Assembly (NCBI GenBank): GCA_963739885.1
Contig: CAVUCC010000011.1
Span: forward strand, 1,153,760 to 1,217,759
Source: an uncultured Chloroflexia bacterium
Lineage (GTDB): Bacteria; Chloroflexota; Limnocylindria; Limnocylindrales; CSP1-4
DNA length: 64,000 nucleotides
Reading direction: 5' to 3'
Shown here: one piece after another, positions 1 through 8,482 of the stretch
How the letters are laid out: the number at the start of each line of letters is the position of its first letter
Numbering within the stretch: the stretch's first letter is position 1
Made by a program: the position numbers and the translations under genes
The notes under the pieces: generated by a model
The model's input: the letters and a program-made list of their open reading frames with translations, nothing else
What the model was told of the DNA's origin: nothing
The model's database searches: none

Positions 1-122
1 TCAGGAGCCCGACGAGGCCGCCGACGGTCGTACCCGGCGGGCCGGCGACACCTCCGGCCCGCCGGGATTCCGTCCCGGCCACCACGATCCCCGCGGTCGC
101 CGACACGCTCGACGATGACGTC

Positions 123-1064
123 GTGGACGACGACCTGATCGACGACGACACGTACGACGACGAGGAGATCGGCACCGACTTCGACTCGCTGTACGCCGCG
201 GTCACGCCCAGCGCGCACGCGGACATGGCCCCCGACGCGAAGCCCAGGCGCCGCGCTCGTGCGGCGGCGCCCGCCCCATCGAAGGGGGTTCGGTCCCGCC
301 GGCGCGCGGACGTGACGGCATCGGAACCCGCGTCCGGTGGGATCTGGAAGAAGATCGCGCTCGGGGGTGCGGCGGTGATCGCCGTGTTCGCGATCGGCTT
401 CGGGGCCAACGCGATCGTCAACGGCAACAACGCCGAGCCGGCCCCGACCCCCGATGTGGCACAGGCCAGCCCGAGCGCGCCGGCGGTCGACCAGGCCCAG
501 GTCGCCCAACTCATGACGAAGTACGCAGCGGACCCGAACGACACCACCACGCTGCTCGGCCTCGCCGACGCGTTCTATGCCGGCCAGGACTACTCGAGCG
601 CGGGCGAGTGGCTGGACAAGCTGCTCGCGATCGATCCCAAGAACGTCCAGGCGCTGCTGGCGAAAGGCGCGGTCAGCTTCAACCTCGGCGACCTTCCGAC
701 GGCCGAATCCACCTGGAAGCAGGTGGCGGACATCGCGCCCGACAACGTCGAGGTCCACTACGACCTGGGCTTCCTGTACCTCAACCAGACGACGCCCGAT
801 TGGGCGGGTGTCCAGAGCGAATGGACGAAGGTCATCCAGCTCGATCCGGGCTCGGATCTGGCACAGACGGTCCAGGCGCATCTCGATGCCCTGGTCGCCG
901 CCTCGATGATCCCGGCCTCACCCGGTGCCCCGGCCTCACCCGCGGCCAATGGTTCCCCCGTTGCGTCCCCGGCTGCCTCTGAGACCCCGGCCCCGCCGGC
1001 CGCATCCCCGGCCGCGTCCCAGCCGGCCGCCTCTCCGGCGCCGACCGGGAGCGCCACGCCATGA
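123..1064 (+). CDS. TPR-repeat single-pass membrane protein, probable cytochrome c maturation accessory factor (CcmH/CcmI/NrfG-like TPR module)
   Basis: Acidic N-terminus, one hydrophobic helix (IALGGAAVIAVFAIGF), TPR-like repeats (LADAFYAGQDYSSAGEWLDKLLAIDPKN...) and a Pro/Ala/Ser-rich tail. Its stop overlaps the ccdA start (ATGA at 1061). The frame is open back to nt 3, so the true start may lie upstream of the window. Confidence 0.5.
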   Translation: MDDDLIDDDTYDDEEIGTDFDSLYAAVTPSAHADMAPDAKPRRRARAAAPAPSKGVRSRRRADVTASEPASGGIWKKIALGGAAVIAVFAIGFGANAIVNGNNAEPAPTPDVAQASPSAPAVDQAQVAQLMTKYAADPNDTTTLLGLADAFYAGQDYSSAGEWLDKLLAIDPKNVQALLAKGAVSFNLGDLPTAESTWKQVADIAPDNVEVHYDLGFLYLNQTTPDWAGVQSEWTKVIQLDPGSDLAQTVQAHLDALVAASMIPASPGAPASPAANGSPVASPAASETPAPPAASPAASQPAASPAPTGSATP

Positions 1065-1843
1065 GCGATCTCGGCAGCGCGCTCGGCCTCGGCATCGCCT
1101 TCACCGGCGGCGTCGTGTCGTTCGCGTCCCCGTGCTGCCTGCCGCTGGTACCGGCCTACCTCAGCTACATGGTCGGTGCGACCGGCGATGGAGCGTCCGG
1201 CCGCAGGACCGCGTTCCTGCACGGGCTGGCGTTCACGATCGGGTTCTCGCTGGTGTTCGTGGCCTTCTGGGCCTCGATCGGCGCCATCGGCTACGTGCTG
1301 GCCGACAACAAGCGTCTGCTGACGATGGCCGGCGGCGCGCTGCTCGTGTTCCTCGGGCTCCAGGTCGCGGGCGTGATCAACGTCCGGGCCCTGTGGCGCG
1401 ACACCCGGGCCATGCCCGCCACGGGCGGAACGCTCGTGGCGGCCGGCGGACCGGGTATGGGCCTCCGGGGCGTGGGTGGCGTGCTCGGCGGCACCGGCGG
1501 CTCGCCGTCCTACAACCGGTCGTTCGTGTTCGGTCTCCTGTTCGCGGCCGGGTGGAGCCCGTGCATCGGGCCCATCCTGGGCGGGATCCTGGGGCTCGCG
1601 ACGGCAACCTCGAGCGTGCTCCAGGGAACGATGCTGCTGATCGCGTACGCCGCCGGCCTGGCCGTCCCGTTCCTGGCCGTCGCGCTCGGAGCGTCCTGGG
1701 TCTCGCGCCGCCTGACCTGGATCGGCCGCCACCACCACATCGTCTCACTCGCCACCGGCGCACTGCTCGCGACGGTCGGGGTGCTGATGCTCACCAACAC
1801 GCTCAGCCGGCTGGCGACCATCGCGTCGCCGTTCGGCCTGTAG
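1061..1843 (+). CDS. ccdA: Cytochrome c biogenesis thiol-reductant transporter CcdA (DsbD-family membrane protein)
   Basis: Polytopic membrane protein with the two conserved Cys-containing segments SPCCLPLVPAYLSYM and WSPCIGPILGGILG. Sits directly upstream of resB/ccsA. Confidence 0.85.
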   Translation: MSDLGSALGLGIAFTGGVVSFASPCCLPLVPAYLSYMVGATGDGASGRRTAFLHGLAFTIGFSLVFVAFWASIGAIGYVLADNKRLLTMAGGALLVFLGLQVAGVINVRALWRDTRAMPATGGTLVAAGGPGMGLRGVGGVLGGTGGSPSYNRSFVFGLLFAAGWSPCIGPILGGILGLATATSSVLQGTMLLIAYAAGLAVPFLAVALGASWVSRRLTWIGRHHHIVSLATGALLATVGVLMLTNTLSRLATIASPFGL

Positions 1844-1855
1844 GAGGTCGTTCGG

Positions 1856-3322
1856 ATGACCCACGAAGGCTCCCGGCCGCTGCCCCCGGCGGCGGTCCCC
1901 GCCGTGCGGGAAGCCGCGAGGACCGGCGTGGTTGATCGCATCGACCGCGTGCTCGAAGGCCTCTGGCACCTCCTGTCGTCGATGCGCGTGGCGATCGTGC
2001 TGATGCTGGCCATCGCCGCGCTCGGCGTGCTGGGCGCGGTGATCATCCAGGCGCCGTCGGGTGTCCTGAACGACCCGTCGGCGAAGGCCGACTGGCTGTC
2101 CCAGGTCCGTCCGAAGTACGGCGGCTGGACATCGATCATGGACTTCTTCCAGTTGTTCCAGATCTTCAACTCCGTGCTGTTCCGGGTCCTCGTCGCCGGG
2201 CTGACGATCAGCCTCATCGCCTGCTCGATCCACCGGACGCCGGGTATCTGGCAAACGATCACCAGGCCCCGCCTTGACGTCGGACCCGCGTTCTTCGAGC
2301 ACGCACCCCAGCACGAAGCGGTCGTGGTCCGGCATTCACCGGCCGAGACGCTCGGCATTGTGAATGGGGTCCTGCAGGGGCGGCACTACCGGACTCTGGC
2401 CCACGACGACGGCGTGATCCATGTCTACGGAGACCGCTTCCGTTGGGTCCAGTTCTCCGGCGTGGTCGCCCACCTGTCGCTGGTCGTGATCCTGGCCGGC
2501 GCCATCATCGGGGCGATGTTCGGCTACCGCGACAGCGGCTTCACGATCGCCGAGGGCAGCACGCTGCCGGTGGCGGCCGAGGCAGGGCTGTCGCTCCAGC
2601 TGATCGACTTCACAGACACCTACTACACCGACAGTGGCATGCCCCAGGACTACGCCAGCCAGGTCGTCCTGTACAAGGACGGCCAGGAGGTCGCCCGCCA
2701 CACCATCCGGGTCAACGACCCGCTGCGCTACGGCGACACGACCTTCTACCAGGCTTTCTTCGGATCGGCGGCGGTCATGACGGTCAAGGACTCGACCGGC
2801 AAGACCCTGGTGTCGGAAGGCGTGCCGCTGGCCTGGACCACCACGGCCGACAACCGGCCGATCGGCTCGTTCACCATCCCAGGCACGAACTATGTGGGCT
2901 GGGTCGTGGGGACGCTCGGCGCCAACGACGCCACCATCCAGCCCGGCCAGATGCAGCTCGAGCTGTACACCGCGGACAGCGGCCGGGAGGTGGCCCAGCA
3001 GGTGCTTGACCAGGGCACGCCAGCGACGATGGAGGGCCTGACGGTCAGCTTCGACCGCGAGAGCCAGTTCACCGGCCTGAGTGTCTCACGCGATCCCGGC
3101 GTGACCCTCGTCTGGCTGGGAGCATTCCTCCTGGTCGCCGGGTTCACCCTCCGCTTCCTGCTTCCGCACAAGCGGATCTGGGCGCGCATCTCGCCCCGGG
3201 CCAACGGTGGCGCGGTGCTGGCAGTGGCGAGCCTCGGCAGCCGCGACGCTGCGCTGGGAACCGAATTCCAAGGTCTTGTGAGCGACATCCGCGGGGCGTT
3301 GCATACGCCGGCGCGGTCCTGA
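1856..3322 (+). CDS. resB: Cytochrome c biogenesis protein ResB/Ccs1 (System II)
   Basis: 488 aa with N-terminal TM helices, a large extracytoplasmic domain and a C-terminal TM (VTLVWLGAFLLVAGFTLRFLLPHKRIW), the typical ResB layout. Placed between ccdA and ccsA. Confidence 0.8.
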   Translation: MTHEGSRPLPPAAVPAVREAARTGVVDRIDRVLEGLWHLLSSMRVAIVLMLAIAALGVLGAVIIQAPSGVLNDPSAKADWLSQVRPKYGGWTSIMDFFQLFQIFNSVLFRVLVAGLTISLIACSIHRTPGIWQTITRPRLDVGPAFFEHAPQHEAVVVRHSPAETLGIVNGVLQGRHYRTLAHDDGVIHVYGDRFRWVQFSGVVAHLSLVVILAGAIIGAMFGYRDSGFTIAEGSTLPVAAEAGLSLQLIDFTDTYYTDSGMPQDYASQVVLYKDGQEVARHTIRVNDPLRYGDTTFYQAFFGSAAVMTVKDSTGKTLVSEGVPLAWTTTADNRPIGSFTIPGTNYVGWVVGTLGANDATIQPGQMQLELYTADSGREVAQQVLDQGTPATMEGLTVSFDRESQFTGLSVSRDPGVTLVWLGAFLLVAGFTLRFLLPHKRIWARISPRANGGAVLAVASLGSRDAALGTEFQGLVSDIRGALHTPARS

Positions 3323-3334
3323 GGGAGATCCGAC

Positions 3335-4222
3335 ATGGATAAGATGGCCGGCTACGCGTTCGTGGCGGCGATGTTCAGCACCGGTCTCGCGATCTTCGTC
3401 TACCTGCTGTACGCAATCTCCGGTCTGCGGGCCGCCCGGATGCAGACCGCCGGCGCCCCGGGATCCACCGGGGCGATGGGCTTCGTGTCCGGGCCCCGAA
3501 CCGCCTCGATGGGGCGCTACGCGACGATCCTCGGCTGGCTGGCCGTGGTCGCGCTCCTCATGAGCCTCGTGTTCCGCGCCATCGCCACGGGCCATGGCCC
3601 GTTCGCGAACATGTACGAGTTCTCGGTCGCGTTCGCGTTCGGGATCCTGGCGGCCTACATGTGGTTCGAGCGCCGGTACCACCAGCGGATCCTGGCGCTG
3701 GTCGCCCTGCCCGTCGCGCTCGCCATGATGCTCTACGCATGGACGATCCAGGGGCCCATCGAGCCGCTCGTCCCGGCGCTTCAGAACAACCTGCTGCTCA
3801 CCGTCCATGTCGCCGTCGCGATCGTCGCCTACGGCAGCTTCTCGATCGCGTTCGCGGCCGCCGTCCTGTACCTGATCCAGCCCGAGGGCGGCCGCTGGGG
3901 CCTGCCCAAGCCGCAGGTGCTGGACGAGATCGGATACCGTGCCGTGGTCGTCGGCTTCCCCTTCCTGAGCCTCACGATCATCCTCGGCGCGGTGTGGGCC
4001 GACGTCGCCTGGGGCAGCTACTGGAGCTGGGACCCCAAGGAGACGGCGTCGCTGGTGACCTGGCTGATCTACGGTGCGTACCTCCACGCCCGCGTCATGC
4101 GCGGCTGGCGCGGCAACCGGGCGGCCTGGCTCCTGATGCTCGGCTTCGCGGCCACGCTCTTCACCTACTTCTTCATCAACCTGTTCGCGCCCGGCCTCCA
4201 CAGCTACGCGGGCCTGAGCTGA
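3335..4222 (+). CDS. ccsA: Cytochrome c assembly protein CcsA/ResC (haem-handling, System II)
   Basis: Polytopic membrane protein with the Trp-rich WWD-type haem-handling motif WGSYWSWDPKETASLVTWLIYGAYLH. Confidence 0.9.
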   Translation: MDKMAGYAFVAAMFSTGLAIFVYLLYAISGLRAARMQTAGAPGSTGAMGFVSGPRTASMGRYATILGWLAVVALLMSLVFRAIATGHGPFANMYEFSVAFAFGILAAYMWFERRYHQRILALVALPVALAMMLYAWTIQGPIEPLVPALQNNLLLTVHVAVAIVAYGSFSIAFAAAVLYLIQPEGGRWGLPKPQVLDEIGYRAVVVGFPFLSLTIILGAVWADVAWGSYWSWDPKETASLVTWLIYGAYLHARVMRGWRGNRAAWLLMLGFAATLFTYFFINLFAPGLHSYAGLS

Positions 4223-4251
4223 CCCGTGCGGAACGGAAGGGAGCGATCGCG

Positions 4252-4851
4252 ATGAACGCTGCGGGCGTCGCCGCGAGGCCGTCCCGCCGCGGGGCCGGCC
4301 CCCTCCAGACGATCGTCGTCATCGCCGTCACGGCCGTCCTCATCGGGGCCGTGACCTGGCTCGTGGCGGGTCCGGGCACCGACGACGGGGTGACGTCGAT
4401 CGACCTCGGCGCCAACGCTGCCGGCGCGGCGCCGGTGGTCGGGGCGATCCCCCCGGACTTCACGGCCATGACGTGGGACGGCCAGACCGTCTCACTCTCC
4501 GACTACGCCGGCAAGCCGATCTGGCTGACGTTCGGCGCCTCGTGGTGCCCTGATTGCCGGACGGAAGCTCCGGACGTCGAGGCCACCTACCAGGCATACA
4601 AGGATCAGGGGCTGGTCATCCTCGCCGTGTTCATCGATGAGAGCGGCGCGGACATCGGCACCTACGCACAGCGTGCGGGTCTCACCTTCCCGATCGCGGT
4701 CGACCAGAACGAGACGATCGCCGGGACCTATCGCACCCTCGGCATCCCGACCCACTTCTTCATCGGCACCGACGGACGCATCAAGGACGTGCGCATCGGT
4801 GCCCTGCCCAAGACCGAGATGGATCGCGCCGTCTCGGAGATCGTCAACTAG
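4252..4851 (+). CDS. resA: TlpA/ResA-family thiol-disulfide oxidoreductase (membrane-anchored thioredoxin)
   Basis: ATG at 4252 preceded by GGAAGGGAG. N-terminal anchor helix and thioredoxin fold with a WCPDC active site (TFGASWCPDCRTEAP). Confidence 0.8.
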   Translation: MNAAGVAARPSRRGAGPLQTIVVIAVTAVLIGAVTWLVAGPGTDDGVTSIDLGANAAGAAPVVGAIPPDFTAMTWDGQTVSLSDYAGKPIWLTFGASWCPDCRTEAPDVEATYQAYKDQGLVILAVFIDESGADIGTYAQRAGLTFPIAVDQNETIAGTYRTLGIPTHFFIGTDGRIKDVRIGALPKTEMDRAVSEIVN

Positions 4852-4861
4852 GCACGCACGA

Positions 4862-6589
4862 GTGACCGATCCCACCGTGCCCGGCGATTCGGTCCCCGCG
4901 GTGGCAGGGCCCGATTTCGGAGGGGCAGCCGACGACGCACCCCGAGCGGCGGTGGCCAGCACCGATTCCGAGGCCGCCGACGACACCCCGCCCGCGGCGG
5001 AAGCCGGCAGCGCCCCGCCTGCCGAGCCCGCACGACCCCGCCACCCCTTCTACCTGCGCGGTCGCCGGCCACGGCTTCCCTCCTCGCGGAGCGGCCTGTT
5101 CGCCCTGCTCCTCGTGCTCAGCGGTCTCGGTGCCGTCGCGACCTTCTCGGCCGTGTCGCTGCTCAACTGGACCGAGACGGCGGACTTCTGCGGTCGCTGC
5201 CACACCATGGCCCCCGAGCTCGCGGCCTACGAGGCCGGCCCGCACCGCGATGTCGCCTGCGCCGAGTGTCATGTCGAACCGGGCATCGCGGGCTGGATCA
5301 AGGCCAAGCTCAACGGCACGCGGCAGCTGATCGAGGTGGTCCTGGGCACCTTCCCGGAGCCGATCCCGCCACCCGACCACTCCCAGCTTCCGGGTGCGGC
5401 GGTCACGTGCCAGAAGTGCCATGCGGTCGAGTCCCACCCGGTCACCACGCTCAAGACGGCCACGATGTACGCAGAGGACGAGACCAACACCCGGCAGTTC
5501 GTGGGGCTCCTGATCCGCCCCAGCGGTGGCGACCCGTTCGACGTCACCAAGAGCGTCCACTGGCACGTCCTGCGCACCGTCAACTACTGGTCGCCGTACG
5601 TCAACGGCGCGCAGATCGATCTCGTCGAAGAGACCGAGGACGACGGCACGGTGAAGCAGTTCATCAGCCAGGCGGAGATCACCGACACGTCCAACGTCGC
5701 GCCGGACGTGGCCGCCATCCAGGCAACGCAGACGTCGACCACGATGTCGTGCTACGACTGCCACAACCGTGTCGGCCATCCGATCCCGAATCCGCGTGCC
5801 GGACTCGATCATGACCTCCTGGTCAACGCCATCGACCCCACCCTCCCGTACATCAAGCGCGAAGGGATGCGGATCCTGTGGGCCTCGTACCCGGACGATG
5901 CCGCGGCCGATGCCGCGGCCGACGAGCTGGCCTCCTTCTACGCCATGAACTACCCCGACGTCGCCCAGGCCAAGTCCCAGCAGATCGGCCAGGCGATCAG
6001 CGCGATCAAGGTGCTGTACCGGTTGACGGCCACACCCGAGATGAAGGTCACCGCGAAGACCTACCCCGACAACCTCGGCCACCTCGACTTCCCCGGCTGC
6101 TTCCGGTGCCACGACGGCGGCCACTTCCTGGTCGAGAACGGCGTCGTGACCAACAAGACCATCCCGTCCACCTGCGACACCTGCCACACCTTCCCCCAGA
6201 TCGGGCCCGCGGTCGCCAGCCTGCCACTGGGTGCGCCACCATCGACGCACGACGACGAGCTGTGGGTGTTCAACCACAAGAATGTCGCGACGAGCATCGA
6301 CCCGGGGGGCACCTCGTGCGGCGAGTGCCACGCTCGTGACTACTGCGTCAACTGCCACTCCACCGGGGCCGTGACCGTCGACCACGACGAGATGGCCACC
6401 AACCACGCCAAGGTCATCCGCGCGCAGGGCAACACTGCCTGTGCCTACTGCCACCAGCCGGTGTTCTGCGCCCGCTGCCACAACGAGCCGGTGCTGCCGG
6501 TGACGACGCCCTTCTCGGAGGGGCCAACCACCCAGAACCTGCCCGACCAGCCGTCCGGCGTCAGCTGGCCGCTGACGCCGAGAGGCTGA
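4862..6589 (+). CDS. Membrane-anchored decahaem c-type cytochrome with NapC/NirT/NrfH-like N-terminal module
   Basis: GTG at 4862, in frame with ORF 4637..6589. One TM helix (LFALLLVLSGLGAVATFSAVSLL), then CGRCHTM and CAECH. In total 10 CxxCH: CGRCH, CAECH, CQKCH, CYDCH, CFRCH, CDTCH, CGECH, CVNCH, CAYCH, CARCH. Confidence 0.85.
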   Translation: MTDPTVPGDSVPAVAGPDFGGAADDAPRAAVASTDSEAADDTPPAAEAGSAPPAEPARPRHPFYLRGRRPRLPSSRSGLFALLLVLSGLGAVATFSAVSLLNWTETADFCGRCHTMAPELAAYEAGPHRDVACAECHVEPGIAGWIKAKLNGTRQLIEVVLGTFPEPIPPPDHSQLPGAAVTCQKCHAVESHPVTTLKTATMYAEDETNTRQFVGLLIRPSGGDPFDVTKSVHWHVLRTVNYWSPYVNGAQIDLVEETEDDGTVKQFISQAEITDTSNVAPDVAAIQATQTSTTMSCYDCHNRVGHPIPNPRAGLDHDLLVNAIDPTLPYIKREGMRILWASYPDDAAADAAADELASFYAMNYPDVAQAKSQQIGQAISAIKVLYRLTATPEMKVTAKTYPDNLGHLDFPGCFRCHDGGHFLVENGVVTNKTIPSTCDTCHTFPQIGPAVASLPLGAPPSTHDDELWVFNHKNVATSIDPGGTSCGECHARDYCVNCHSTGAVTVDHDEMATNHAKVIRAQGNTACAYCHQPVFCARCHNEPVLPVTTPFSEGPTTQNLPDQPSGVSWPLTPRG

Positions 6590-6752
6590 CCTACCGGAGG
6601 AGCTGCCGTTTCTCCGCGGGTCCTGACTGACCTTGGCGCCACCATCGGAGGCACGAGACCCGGCACCGATACGCCGATCGGGCCGGCGGGCTGATCACCC
6701 GCTGATCATCCGGGCAAACGCCCCGTACCCGCCGAACGATCGCTCCGCGCGC

Positions 6753-6786
6753 AAATGTGCCGTTTCTATATCCATCCGCACATTCC
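6753..6786 (+). promoter_or_regulatory. AT-richer patch in the only sizeable gap of the array; candidate internal promoter for the Rieske/cyt b genes
   Basis: gcaaatgtgccgtttctatatccatccgcacattcc lies inside the 278-nt gap 6590..6867. It stands out against the 70% GC background, but no confident -35/-10 assignment is possible. Confidence 0.25.
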
Positions 6787-6867
6787 GTCGCCACGGTCGT
6801 CGCTCGCACAATGTCGGTCCATCAGGAGGGCTGCGATGGGCCATTGGGCCTGTCGCCGGAGGCTGCG

Positions 6868-7404
6868 ATGGACCACGACCCCGCGACCGCGCCCGAGCCA
6901 GGGCAGTTGCCGGCGCCGGACGCCGTCACGCCGCTCGGGTCTCCGTCCGGCTCAGCGACTCCCGGTCCCCAAGGGATCCAGTCCCGGCGACGGTTCCTCG
7001 CCTGGCTCGGCGGGTTCACCGTGTTCTCGACGGTCGCGATGATCACGACGCCGATCCTCGGGTTCCTCGTCCCGCCCAGGACGAGCGGCACGTCCGGTGG
7101 CGGGAAGGTCCTGGTCGCCACGACGGCCGACATCCCTCCCGGCGCCGGCAAGGTCGTCGCCCTGGGCAGCAAGCCGGCGATCGTCGTCAGCACCGAGCAG
7201 GGCCTCCACGCATTCTCGGCGATCTGCACCCACCTCGGGTGCGTCGTGGCCTGGAACGACCTGGCCGGCGTCATCCAGTGCCCGTGCCACGATGGCCGCT
7301 TCAACCCCGTCTCAGGCACGGTCGTGTCCGGCCCGCCCCCGGCACCGCTGCCCGCGCTCAAGGTCTCCGTGGAAGGCGACCAGATCTTTCTGAGCGAGGC
7401 CTGA
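6868..7404 (+). CDS. Rieske [2Fe-2S] subunit of a cytochrome bc/b6f-type complex
   Basis: ATG at 6868 with GGAGG 5 nt upstream. Twin-arginine signal SRRRFLAWLGG and cluster-binding boxes CTHLGC and CPCHDG. Confidence 0.85.
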   Translation: MDHDPATAPEPGQLPAPDAVTPLGSPSGSATPGPQGIQSRRRFLAWLGGFTVFSTVAMITTPILGFLVPPRTSGTSGGGKVLVATTADIPPGAGKVVALGSKPAIVVSTEQGLHAFSAICTHLGCVVAWNDLAGVIQCPCHDGRFNPVSGTVVSGPPPAPLPALKVSVEGDQIFLSEA

Positions 7405-7405
7405 G

Positions 7406-8482
7406 ATGGCGGCCGGCGGCACCACCGATCGCGCCGTGGGATCCGGCAGCTGGATCGAGCAACGGACCGGCGTCGGACCGGTGATGGCTGCGCTGCTTCA
7501 CGTCCGGATCCCGATGTCGGCCCGGACGATGTACTTCGGCGGGATCGCCCTGTTCCTGTTCGGCATCCAGGTCGTCACGGGCACGTTGCTCGCGCTGTAC
7601 TACAAGCCCACCCCCGAGGCCGCCTACGAGAGCGTCCAGTTCGTGACCAGCGACGTCAGCTTCGGGTGGCTGATCCGGAGCATGCACCACTGGGCTGCGA
7701 ACCTGATGATCCTGTTCGTTGCCCTGCATCTCCTGCGGGTCTTCTTCCAGGCGGCGTACAAGTACCCGCGGGAGCTGACCTGGGTCATCGGCGGCGGCCT
7801 GCTCCTGGTGACCCTCGGCTTCGGGTTCACCGGATACCTCCTGCCTTGGGACCAGCGGGCGTACTGGGCCACCGTCGTGGGTACCGACATCGCCGGATCC
7901 GTTCCCGTGGTCGGCGACTCGCTCCTCCAGCTGCTGCGCGGCGGTGCGGACGTCACTGGTGACACCATGAGCCGGTTCTTCGGGATCCACGTGCTGGTGC
8001 TGCCGCTCGCCCTGGCCGGTCTCATGGCGATCCACCTGGTGCTGGTCCACCAGCTCGGCCTGGCCAACCCCAAGAAGCCCGAGCCGCGAGTCCGCCCGGC
8101 TGCGGTCGACCGGGAGCCGCTCCGGCCGTTCTTCCCGAACTACCTCCTTGACGAGGTGGTCGCTTGGTACGTCATCCTCGCGATCCTCGTGGTCCTCGCC
8201 TCGGTCTTCCCGGCCGGTTTGGAGGGGCAGGCGAACCCGCTCGAGACACCCGCGCACATCAAGCCCGAGTGGTACTACCTCGCGGTCTACCAGCTGCTCA
8301 AGATCATCCCGCGCACGATCGCCGTGATGGCCCCGATCATCGGCATCGGCCTGCTCATCGCGTGGCCCTTCCTGGACCGCAACCCCGAGGTGCTGGCACG
8401 ACGGCGCAAGCTGGCCGTCGCGGGGGCCACGCTGGTGGTGGTGGGGGTGATCGTCCTGACGGTGTGGGGTTATGTCAGCTGA
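7406..8482 (+). CDS. Cytochrome b (fused b6 + subunit IV type)
   Basis: 358 aa polytopic protein starting 1 nt after the Rieske stop. Carries the His-containing helices of cytochrome b and the Qo-site PEWY motif (HIKPEWYYLAVYQLLK). Confidence 0.9.
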   Translation: MAAGGTTDRAVGSGSWIEQRTGVGPVMAALLHVRIPMSARTMYFGGIALFLFGIQVVTGTLLALYYKPTPEAAYESVQFVTSDVSFGWLIRSMHHWAANLMILFVALHLLRVFFQAAYKYPRELTWVIGGGLLLVTLGFGFTGYLLPWDQRAYWATVVGTDIAGSVPVVGDSLLQLLRGGADVTGDTMSRFFGIHVLVLPLALAGLMAIHLVLVHQLGLANPKKPEPRVRPAAVDREPLRPFFPNYLLDEVVAWYVILAILVVLASVFPAGLEGQANPLETPAHIKPEWYYLAVYQLLKIIPRTIAVMAPIIGIGLLIAWPFLDRNPEVLARRRKLAVAGATLVVVGVIVLTVWGYVS

